NCBI GenBank assembly: GCA_951406725.2
Contig: OX597828.1
Span: 68,076,001 to 68,140,000, forward strand
Source: Octopus vulgaris
Lineage: Eukaryota
Length of the DNA stretch: 64,000 bases
Direction: 5' to 3'
Below the pieces are notes generated by a model. That model made no database searches. It saw only the letters and a list, made by a program, of their open reading frames with translations, and was not told where the DNA came from. Below are positions 35,701 to 48,300 of the stretch, in pieces. How positions within the stretch are numbered: position 1 is the stretch's first letter; each line of letters opens with the position of its first letter. The position numbers and the translations under genes were made by a program.

Positions 35701-38700
35701 CAATATATTGGTTTCAAATTTTGGCACAAGGCCAGCAATTGCAAGGGAGGAGTAAAGTTGATTACATCGACACCAGTATGCAACTGGTACTTATTTCATC
35801 AACCCTGGAAAGATGAAAGGCAAAGTGAATCGTGGAAGAATTTGAACTCAGGACATGGTAACAGATGAAATGCTGCTAAGCATTTTGCCTGGCATGCTAA
35901 TGATTCCGCCAGCTTGCCACCGTATTCATTTCCAGTATTTTGCAAGAACATGTCTAACACTGGAGAAATATTACTTTGCTTGGAGACAGGTTGGCATCAG
36001 GAATGGTATTTGGTAATAGAAAATCTGCTTCTATAAACTCCATCTGAACCAAGCAAGCATGGAATATTTGACATTGAAATGACGAGGTGATGGTTTAATT
36101 AGAGAAAGAAAGCTTTAGATTTGGAGGAAATAAACGGATACTAGCAGCATAGCCCGGTGTTGCCCGGGTATGTAAGAGCCCCTAGTAGGCAACAACTAAT
36201 CCCAATCTAGTCCTTTCCCTCTAGGGAACAAAGGCACATGTGTAGGTTGCAATGTCTTCTCTTCACTCCCAAATAACTATCAAACAGCTATCGATAATTC
36301 AACCCAACCAATTCCTACCAGGAAGAAATTACATTTGAGACTTTACCCCCAACACTTCTGCTAATAGCTGCTGCAGCCACAAGTTATTCGAATACTTTTT
36401 TTTGTTTAAACTTTCTTTATAACTACCACCCCAAACGTTTTACCTTAAATTTTTGACGTACCCTAAGGGTCCTCAGACGCTACTTGCAAACTCTTGGTTT
36501 ATTATAAACCACTTTTGTCGTGTGCACCAAAAAACCTTTTCCATTCGTTTGTTCAGTTTGGTCACTTTTGACTTTTTCGTTGTTGTCACTCACATTGCTG
36601 CCCGCTTTTTTGCCATTTTTGTACATTTTTATACATTTTGGGATACTTACCCTACGTGTTCCAAGAGTTAAAAAGGTCGAGTTGCGTCTCCTAGACAGTC
36701 TGTGGTTTGTGTTTAATACACAAATCGGTTTGCTATGTGTGCCACATAGGATTTAATTAACCGATTTTTTCCAGTAATAAAGTATCCTATTGGAATAAAA
36801 AGGGCCATATAGCTCCTTGGAGCAGACATGATGCTCGCTTAGAATTTTTTAAAAAATTCCTGCCAATTTGTGAAAGATATTGTTGAAAATATGTCATCTT
36901 GAATTTGAACGCGATTTCCCAAAATGGCATGATTTTATCGATTTTTTCTGATGGTAAGGTATTGCATGGAAAACTAACATCAGAATTAAGTTTCTTAGGG
37001 TAACATTAAGCTTCACCATGATTTTGGTGAAAATCGATTGCAAGTTGCGAAAATTACAATAGAAAATGTGTTGCATATAAAAAGTTGAATTTATCGATTT
37101 TTTTCAGAACTGAGGGAACTTTTCAAAATTTTCGCTGCGTTAGTTTCGAATTATGACATTGGCCTATGTGTATGTCAAATTTTATCAGAATCGGTTGAAA
37201 GCCGTGGTCAGGGTGAGGGTACAACCTGACAGACACACAGACAGACAAACTGCCGTTTATATATAGAGAGATTTCCATGTTGTCTGTAAACACTAACAAT
37301 CCAAGGGATTGTGATTGGGATTTTTACTGGGATTTTCCAATTCCGAGGAGGAGTGGAGTGCATCCCTGTAGTGATGTATTCACTAGTGAATGACAAGGAT
37401 TGAAAAAAGAAACATTGATTTATTGATATATTCTAAATACTTTTTTATATTGTATACTGAGAGGTTTATGTGGAGGATGTTATTACTGTAATAAGAGTAA
37501 ATAAAAACAGAATTGCAGTGATGTCTTTGCAAAACAAAAGCATAAATACTCTGAATGTGTCACTGGTTTCTTGTTTATGATAGTAACACTGACAAGAAAA
37601 TATCTGTGTACCTTGGGCAAAATAAATACCACCAGGTATTTTTTCACTCTGCTTTAATTTATGGATAATGTGGTTGTTTTTAGTCTCCCTCACCAATGAC
37701 ACTAATGTCCAACCTGAACATCTGTCGGTCAGTGTCTGCAGTAAATATATGGACAGGGAATGAACCGGAGTAGAGTTCAGGTACTTGCAACGGAATGGTC
37801 ACCTTTTGACCAGCTAGAGTCTTACCTTCACTACCCTGAGTGAGATCTGCAAATCAGTGCCTTAGGGAAATTGTGTTTACCGATAAATATTAGACAAACT
37901 GAAAAGAATACATTTTTTTTTCTGTTGCAGTTCCTCCAAGATTGACCACAGTTGTGTTCCCAATGCTGTTATGACTTATAATGGTACGGAACAGTTTCTG
38001 AAAGCTCTAGAATATATTCCTGAACCTGAACCAAACAAGGTGAGTAATGAGGGAAGAGGAACCAAAAAAAAAAAAAAAAGGATACAAATCATTTATCTCT
38101 CTCTCTATATATATAAACGACAAAATGTCTGTCTGTGTGTGTGTGCGCGTGTATCCTTTATACAAATCTACAATTTTTAAGTTACAGGGCTCACACTTTC
38201 TAGGGTCATTCAAAACCATCCAAGGGTGGTCGTGCACATCTTTACATTTCCCCAGTCACCCCGCAAAGTCATTAAAAAATCAATAGAAGTGACTTTTTTG
38301 TGACTTTTCTATCCAAAACCCAATCAAAATGCCCGAAACTTGATACGCCAATTGAATGCCAGCTAGCTGTATGTGATTGGTTGGAGATTTGGACAGTACT
38401 CGTGTGTATGTGTGCATGCATGCAGCTGTATATGCATGCACTAGCACTATGACCTGGCGTTGCTGGATCATAGTGCTAGTATGATTCTAAATTGTAAAGA
38501 TAGACTGAGATCTAAGAACAATAGAACCGGTAGACTATTGGCTAAGTGAAAGAAAATCTTTGTTAAGAGAGACTGTCTTTCACTTGAGGACATAACTTAA
38601 ATTCTGCATTATTTTGAAGGATCTTTTTTCATTTTGTATTAATGTAGGCATGTAATTTATTTGTTATTAAATATAGTAATATAAATTATTTACAAGTTTT

Positions 38701-39291
38701 TAAGTTTATGAAATGATTTGTCATGAAATTAGAATTTTCTTATTATTAAACAAGATTTCATCAAACTATTTCCCTGTCATTTATAGCTTACACACTCCTA
38801 TTTGTTTTCTCCTGTATCAGTGAATATATTCAATATGTTTTGTTGACTGATACACTAAAGAGCTTTTTTTATAAGTACTACCAGAATACTTGAATCTATA
38901 AATTGTATCTTAAATTTACATATATATGTATAAGTTCAGCAAAATTTAGATTCAGATGAATATGGTACTTAAGTCAAAGGCACCAGAATTTCGTATGGTA
39001 TTATCCATATAAATCAAATGGGGTGATTATAATCAAAATAAGCAACAAGGATATCCAAGGTAGTGTAGTACAATTGTTTCATGCTACTTCATTTTATTAA
39101 ACACTGTAAGTATTACATCAGTTTTAAAATGTTGAGCAATCTTCAGCCACCTTTAGAAATTTTCCAATCAATCGGACAATGCACATTCTTATCCATATTT
39201 CATTTGCCAACATCATAAAGGGGGTAGATATACAGACAGAGAGGTTGATTTCATTCTTAAGAACAGGATAGTAGTATATTCACTCTCTGAC

Positions 39292-39341
<50 letters not shown>

Positions 39342-42300
39342 AATATATTTACTCACTAACACACACACACACACGCACATATATATGTATGTAAGTGTCT
39401 GTATATATGTAACCTAATGTATGTTTATATCTATACATGTAATTAATGTGTGTTGTTTGTTTTCTTCTATAGATTTTCATTAGTTACATCAACACTGACA
39501 GACCAAGTTGGATCCGTAAAGATTTCTTGCGAAACAACTATTACTTTGACTGTTCTTGTGCTAATTGTAAAGAAACTAAACGTCTTGTAAGTAACTTTTG
39601 TCTTGTTTATATATATATATACACACAGGGTGTCCATAAAGTCTCTTTACAATTTTAAAATTTTATTACAAAGGCAGTTGACAAGATATCTTGACCAGAT
39701 TTGTTTTATTGTAATAATTGTTTATTAAAGTTTATTACCTGTTCTTTAATATACCTCAATATGGGAACCATTAGTTGCGTGAAGCACATCAAGACGGTTC
39801 TCGATTTCTTGCCATGTTCGCTGTAGGATAGCCTCATCAACAGTGGCAATGGCATTACGAATCCTTTGCTTCAAGTCAGCAATGTCCCGTATCTTTGTTT
39901 GATACACGATATCTTTTAGAAGTCCAAGGGAGTGATATCTGGCGAACGCGGTGGCCATGGAATTGGCCCATCTCTTCCAATCTATCGGTCTGGAAATGTT
40001 TGATTGAGGAACTGACGAACATGCCGTCCCCAATGTGGTGGTGCACCATCTTGCTGGAGGATGATGGTTGGTTGTAAATCAATCAGTTGTGGTGCCACAT
40101 ATTCGGTCAGAAGGTCGAGGTAAACATCTGCAGTAATTGTTGCCACATTGAAGAAAAATGGACCAATTATTCGATTGCACATGATTCCACACCACACATT
40201 CCCTTTTGGACTATCCCGTTGAAGCACCCTAGTCACATGGGGGTGTTCTGATCCCCAGATTCTCACATTGTGTCTGTTTAATTTCCCTGAAACATGAAAA
40301 GTCACCTCATCACTAAAACAAACTCACTTGAGGAATGCTTCATCCTCTATTTATAGGGGTTCAGTGAATCAGTTCCCTTCCATCAACAAAGTATCTGAAA
40401 CACATAAATTTAATATCGATAAAAACTTTAATAAACATTTATTAAAATAAAACAAATCTGGTTAAAATATCTCATCAACTAACTTTGTAATAATTTTTTT
40501 AAATTGTAAAGGGTCTTTATGGACACCCTGTATATCTTTTATCTTTTACTTCTTTTAGTCATTAGACTGTGGCTTTGCTGGGGCACTGCCCTGAAGAATT
40601 TTAGTCAAACGATTCAAACCCCCAGCACTCGTTTCTAGTAAAACTTAGTATTAATTCTTTTGGCCCCTTTTGCTTAGCAACTAAATGACGGGGACACACC
40701 AATGCCAATTGCCAAGAAATGGTGGAGGACAGACACAGACACAAAGTAACATACACACACACATGCACATGTGTAACTGTGTGATAAGAAGCTTGCTTCC
40801 AACCACATGGTTCTGGGTTCAGTCCCACTGCATAGCACCTTGGGCAAGTGATGATAACTATGGTTGTGATTTTTAGAGAGATCATCATCCTGTTACATCT
40901 ATTTTCCTTACTAGCATTGACTAGATGCATCATCACAGTCCAAACCAATTTTTATTCAAAGTCACTGCCTCTCCAAGACAGGTTGGTGAACACATTTTGC
41001 CTGTGCCTTCCGTTTTGGTTTTGTCACAGCTTGATGGCCTCCCTATCACCAACCACTTCACAGAATGTACAGGTTGTATTTTATTGTGGCACCTGCATGA
41101 GAGTTGTTGTCATGCCTTGAACAAGACTGAAGGGTCCTCTCCACTTGATGTCTCTTCCACTTCACAGAGTGTACTGGGTAATATGTTATCATGGCCATCA
41201 ACACTAAGGAGGTTGCCAGGCGGCGAGCTGGCAGAAACGTTAGCACACCGAGCGAAATGTGTAGCTGTATTTCGTCTGCCATTACGTTCTGAGTTCAAAT
41301 TCCGCCGAGGTCGACTTTGCCTTTCATCCTTTCGAGGTTGATAAATTAAGTACCAGTTACGCACTGGGGTCGATGTAATCAACTTAATACATTTGTCTGT
41401 CCTTGTTTGTCCCTTGTGGGTAGTAAAGAAATAGGTTGCCATGTATTCTTTAAAACTCTCAGAGTCCTCACCACCCTGGGACGAGTTGTTCATGAGTTTA
41501 GAGCCTATCTAGTCTTGCTGTAGGATGTTCTGTTATTGGTTTCACATTTTGGCACTAGGCCAGCAAGTTCAGGAGATGGGGGTTAATCGATTACGTTGAC
41601 CCCAGTATATGACTGGTACCTATGTTATCAACCCTGAAAGGATGAAAGGCAAAGTCAACCTTGGTGGAATTTGAGCTCAGAATGTGAAGACAGACGAAAT
41701 GCCACTAAGCATTTTACCCAGCATGCTAACAATTCTGACTTTTCTGAATCATGTTTTGAAGGACATTAGTCTACATGAAAAATCAATCTGAAGCTTCAGC
41801 ATAGTTTCCTATCCCGGAGGAGTAGTATCTCTCCACTATATTCTGCTCTTCATAAATTCAGATAAACTCCATTTTTTTTAATGATTACAACAGATAAAAA
41901 TAATTATAATGAAATAACTTCGTTTATGTTTATTTGTTTTTAAATTTCAATTGTTTTGGAAAGTAAGTGTGGACCTAAGAGTGCAATAATTTCTGATTGA
42001 AGGATCGCAAACAGACCAGTGTCCATTGTCCAAATGTTCAGTGTTCTGGTTTCATTGGAATCAGCTCTAATGATGGTAAGTTGCTATCTACTTTTCACAT
42101 TCGATTTACCAATGTCATGAATATATGTTTCTTTCTTACCCACAAGGGGCTAAACATGGAGGGGATAAACAAGGTCAGACAAACGGATTAAGTCGATGAC
42201 ATCGACCCCAGTGCGTAACTGGTACTTAAATTTATTGACCCCTAATGGATGAAAGGCAAAGTCGACCTCGGCGGAATTTGAACTCAGAACGTAGCAGCAG

Positions 42301-45300
42301 ACGAAATATGGCTACGTATTTCACCCGGCGTGCTAATGTTTCTGCCAGCTCGCCGTCTTTTCCAGCTCACCACTGGAATATATTTCCATGTTACTCACAG
42401 AAACATTAATATCTTCAAATATCTAAAGGAATATGTTGTCGTTTAACTCCAGGTCAGTCCTGATCCAGTAGACCTATGACCAAAGGTATTCCAGACATGA
42501 CTATTGTATTTTTTTTTTCCAGATGTAAGCTAAGGACACATAAGAAATTCCATAAGATGCACCCAGTGTAAGAGGTGCAGCAATATCAGAGGAAGGTTAA
42601 CAGGGAAAATAGCTTTTGTGTGTGGAAGATACACAGGTACAATAAACACCAAAAATGTACAGAAAATAGACTCCATCAACTGCTGGTAGGGTAAGCTAGA
42701 GGTAGTAGATAGCTTCTGTTACCTAGGTGACCAAGTTAGTAGCAGAGGTGGATGTTCCAAGAGTGTAGCTGTGAGAATAAGAATAGGCTGGGCAAAGATC
42801 AGAGAGCTTCTACCTCTGCTGGCAACAAAAGGCCTGTCTTTCAAAGTGAAAGCCAGATTGTATGATCCTGTGTGCGAGCAGCTATGCTACATGGCAGTGA
42901 AACATGGGCTGTGACAGCCAAGGACATGCATAGGCTTCAAAGAAATTAAGCCAGCATGCTTCGCTCAATGTGCATCTTCAATATAGTGTAAGCATCTTGA
43001 GACAAAAGTTGGGCATAAGAGGCATCAGATGTGCTGTGCAAGAGAGATGACAGCTGGTATAGTCATGTGATGTGTATGGATGAGGACAGCTGTGCAAAGA
43101 AGTGCCAATCTTTAACTGTGGAGGGAACCTATGGTAGAGGTTGACCCAGGAAGATATGGAATAAGGTGATGAAGCATGCTCTTCGAACAGTGGGCCTCAC
43201 AGAGGCAATGACTAGGGACTGAGATCTTTGGCAATATGCTGTGCTTGAGAAGATCTGTCAAGCTGGGTGAGATCATCGTTCTGGCCGATGCTGGTGTCCC
43301 ATAACTGGCACCCATGCCAGTAGCATTTAAAAAGCACCTTTTGAGTGTTGGACTTCACAGAGACAAAGTGGCTGATGCCGGTGGCACGTGAAAAGCCCCT
43401 TTCAAGTGTTGAGCCTTACAGGGGCAATGATGAATGACCGAGACCTTTGGTATTGTCATGCTTGACCAGAAGACCCATCAAACCAAGTAAAACTGCAGTC
43501 GTAGCAGATACTGGTCATGTGAATGGCACTCGTGCCAGTGGGACGTAAAAGCACTCATTACTTTCTTGGAGTGGTTGGCATTAGGAAGGGCATCCAGCCA
43601 TAGAAACCATGCCAAATCAGACTGGAGTCTAGTACAGCCTTCTAGCTTACCAGCCCTGATCAAACTGTCCAACCCATGCCAGCATGGACAATAGACGTTC
43701 AATGATGATGATAAGATTACATTTTCTGATATATCCTGCCATTTTAAAGACAGTAGTGTCTCATTTAAGGAATATTTGGCAGCTATTTCTAACAAGCTGG
43801 GTGACCACATAGCTCTCTCATTGACTTGAAGGAACATCTTGAAAGTAGCTGGCATATAACTCTTGTTTTATGACCTTTAGCTGAGGAGAGGAAGTTCTGA
43901 CACAGAGTGAGGCGCCACTATATCACAGAAAATGTTCCCAGTGTCAGTAACTACCATTTAACCACTATGGCTTGGAATCCAAGGCTTTATTTAGCTGGTA
44001 GGGCTTTGTTGATTTCTACCTTACAAGGCTTTACTGGAAATATCTAGAATTGTAAAATATAAAGGATGGTATGAAGAAGAGGAGAAATTGTTGTGAGGCT
44101 GAATCACATGGTTTGAGTGTTTACAACAGAGAAGCAGCATCCATTGCAGGGGCAACAGGAAGAAAGAATGGAGAAGACTCTGCAGTGTTGCTGTAAAAAA
44201 TAAGGGTTAAATTTAGATTAAATCAATATTTCTGTTCATCTTTTGATATTTCCCAGGAAAGGAATTCTTCATGTTACCATGTTCTGTCTGTGGTTTAAGA
44301 GATGACAGCTCTGAAATTTTAGAAGAAACCAAAACACTGTGGACTTTTGGGATTGAAAAGATACAAGAACTTCGTGAACTTGATAAATGTAAAGGTATGT
44401 ATAACGACACGAGTGTACTGATGTTGTTTCTAAGTGCTAAAACTACTTTCAAAGTCTTCTGAGTCCAAATTCCTGGATATTGGCATAAAACCATAGAACA
44501 GAAATACTTATGGTTATATTCTGAACGTCTTACTTCCCTGGGCACGGATACATTGAAACTCCGTCTGGCAGCTGATTTGGCAGACACCCATAGAATTATT
44601 AACCATCTTACAAACAATAACTCTGAGCACTTTTTTAAAATCCATCTGTCTAACACCTGTGGACATGTTTACAAAGTCAGAAAACAGCACAGCTCCCATG
44701 ACTTTCGGAAACATTTTTTAACGCTAAGAGTTGCTGAAGCATGGAACAAACTGCCGGCATCAGTTGTTAGTTGTCGGAGCACTGCATCCTTCAAAACTTC
44801 CATGCTTCCTGAGATTTGCCAACACTACACCTGATTTTCTCCCCTTCATACACACAAGCAAGCATGCATCTGACTTGTACACTGTTCACTTCCCAGACAT
44901 TTGTACATTACTGCATATGCTTTATATGCACTTTTGACAAGTTGTGGTGCACCTGAGCAAAAATATACTAAAATTTATGGGACATTTCATTTATGGGACA
45001 TTTTGGTGTGTTATATACAAAATACACCACATACATATCATTGTCATCGTTTATAACATCTACTTTTCCATGCCTGCATGGATCAGAAGGAATACTCTGA
45101 ATAATTACTTTGCCTTTGCCATCTGTTATATGAAATCTTATTTGCTTGGTGTGTGTGTGTGTCCATAAGGTTTAAAAATACAGGCAGATATCTAGAAAGT
45201 ACTCAGTGTTAAACAAATTTGGTTGACTATGTCTCACAATCAGATATCTATAAATGCAAGTACAATTAATATCCAAAGTAATTCTTCGTGTATGATAAGC

Positions 45301-48300
45301 AAATCCAAAAGTAGCATTGTCGGATAAATGTGAATAGTATTTAAAATTATTGATTCTCTAACGAGCATCGCTGACAATGGACCTCTCCTGTACTCACTCT
45401 TGTTAGATTATGAAAACGAGTTGCAGCTAGCAGAAGAAACACTTACCATTCTCAAAGAGACCAGAATTCACGATACTAACTTGATTTATGTTGAAGTAAT
45501 GGAACTTGCTAAAGAAGCTTGTATTGAATTGAGACTTTGGTCAAAGGCAGCACATTATGGCAACAAAGTTTGGCCGCAGAGAATGTAAGTAATTCTTTTA
45601 TTATTGCTAACCAAACTAGAGAAACTAGAAGAGTCATCACCATCAATATATACATATATATATACCTTTGGCATAGTTCTCAGGCAAGAATCAGTGTGAC
45701 AAAGTTGGCACCAGAAATTATAGGATACTGGCATGGCCAAGTGGTTGGTTCAAACGCTCTAATTGCTGACAGTAGACTTGAGCATTGATTGTTGCATTAG
45801 ATGGTAACAATTCAAAGTAAATTACTCCTTTGCAATCCCACCAGATAGAGAGGAGAACCTTTTTCCTCATGAAGTTCCCTTCTCGGTTGTGGTTGAGCTT
45901 TTTCCCTTTTACCAAGTCACTGTTTACGATGTTTAACATTTCTATAGAAGATCCATTTTTCATTCCCAGTCACAAGTCTATTCAAAAAGGGTGAAATGAG
46001 AGCAGATGTCAACTTGGGATATGCGGTTGCTTTCGGACAATTCATGAGGCACCCATTTTCCAAGTTGACAACGAACAGTTGTATGGTTTGAACAAAGCTT
46101 TATTGCCAATTCTTTAACTGATAATGCAGGATTTTCTTCAAGTAATGCCTCAAGGAACTTATCATCAAACTTAACTGGAGTCCTGTTCGATCTTCATCTT
46201 CAAGGCTGAAATCTCCACTTCTGAATTTTGCAAACCATCTTCTGCAAGTTCTTTCATTGAAGCATTCTTTTCCATAAACTGAGTGCATGTTTCAAGTAGC
46301 TTCAGCTGCAGAGTTTCCTTTTTTGTACTCATAAAGCATTATGTGCCTCAAATGCTCTTTGGATACTTCCATGTTAGAAAGGGTTTTAATCAAAGAAATT
46401 TTAATTCTATTATTCTGCAAAATAATATTTAATTAACTTATGGGATGACCTGATATATTACCAAATATCCAAATGTATATTTTATTTTTCTCATCATGAT
46501 TTCTTATATTTTATGTTTAATTTGTTTTTTCTTTATTTTCTGTTTTCCTTGGTGGGGGAAAAAAGGCAATATTTTGAACATTCTGACTTCAGAGTTGGTT
46601 TATTGCTGTATGAATTAGGGAAGTTGTATCTGAACGCCATGGAAATTGAAAATGCCAGAGAAATATTTAGAAAGGTAACTTTTGTTTTTGTTTCATCTTT
46701 GAAGATCATCATCGTTTAATGTCCGTTTTCCATGCTAGCATGGGTTGGACGGTTCGACCGGGGTCTGGGAAGTCAAGAGGCTGCACCAGGCTCCAGTCTG
46801 ATCTGGCAGTGTTTCTACAGCTGGATGCCCTTCCTTACGCCAAACACTCCATGAGTGTAGTGGGTACTTTTTACATGCCACCGGCATAGGTGCCAGGGGA
46901 GGCTGGCAATAGCCACGATCGGTTGCTTTTTATGTGCCACCAGCATGAGAATTTAAAAGGGAGTCAATTTAATCCACTGATGACATCACGTCTGATTTTC
47001 AATATCAACCCCTACTAATTCTACTCTTCGTTCTTTTTCTCCTTCTCACACCTAGTCTGGGCCCTTTTTGTATATTACGTTTTTTGCTCTGCATTCTCAT
47101 CCCATCCCATTTCAAATCACTTGGATTTGGCTGCAAACTTTCACCATCCTTCCTTCATAGTCTCACCTCACACACTACCCATACCACCTCTTATTAACCC
47201 CACTACCTTCACATTTCTTCCTTTCTTCATTCATTTTGGCACAAATCGAAATCGATCAAAAATCAATGGAAATTGTAGTTGTGATACCAGTGCCGGTAGC
47301 ACGTAAAAGAACCACCCGAACATGGCCGATGCTAGCGCCGCCTAGACTGGCCTCCGTGCCAGTGGCACATAAAAAGCTCCTACCAATCGTGGCTGTTGCC
47401 AGCCTTGCCTGCACCTGTGCTGGTGGCACGTAAAAAGCACCCACTACACTCTTGGAGTGGTTGGCGTTAGGAAGGGCATCCAGCTGTAGAAACACTGCCA
47501 GATCAGACTGGAGCCTGGTGCAGCGACCTGGCTTCCCAGACGCCGGTCGAACCGTCCAACCCATGATAGCATGGAAAGCGGACGTTAAACGATGATGATG
47601 ACAATTTCCTCAACCCACCTTCTCTCTATTCTCTCTTTCACCTCCAACAACTTTTCTATTTATTATTTCTTTGGTGACACAAACATTCACCATCATTTTC
47701 TTTTAACTCAGTAACTTACTATTTCTAGTTAGTTTTATGACATTTCCTGTATTTGAACTGTTAACAATAACTTTATTTTTTTTTTTTTTTATGCAGATAG
47801 CATTTTAGAGTAGTTTATACAAAACCAATCTAAAATTGACTTATTGTCATCACTACTTCAGCAACTACAATAAAGTTTGTGTAGCTGAGGAGGTACGCAT
47901 AAGACTAAAATATGTCTGTGGTTGTCTCCCATGCTTCCTGAAAGGAATCAGGAGAATGGCTAATAACATATCTCATGTTGGCAGCATGGAAATAATGTTA
48001 TGATTTTGTTTTGGTTGTTGCTGTTGGTCATTCCAAAAGTGACCATCCCATCTTTTTAAACAAATAGTCTAAGACTACATTATCCAATTATCCTCCTTTT
48101 TTTTTAAAGATGGCAGAATGTGATTTTAGGGAGAGTTGGATGCTGTTTTTAGCAGGTCAAACAATGATTGCCATTGTTTAGTTGTAGCTCAACCATGATT
48201 CAGGAGATCAAAAAAATGCCAGCTGTGACCATCTTGTCTTATTTCCCTGGCATAGCTGTGAGGTTTCAGGTTCAATCCCACTCCACAGCACCACAAACAA

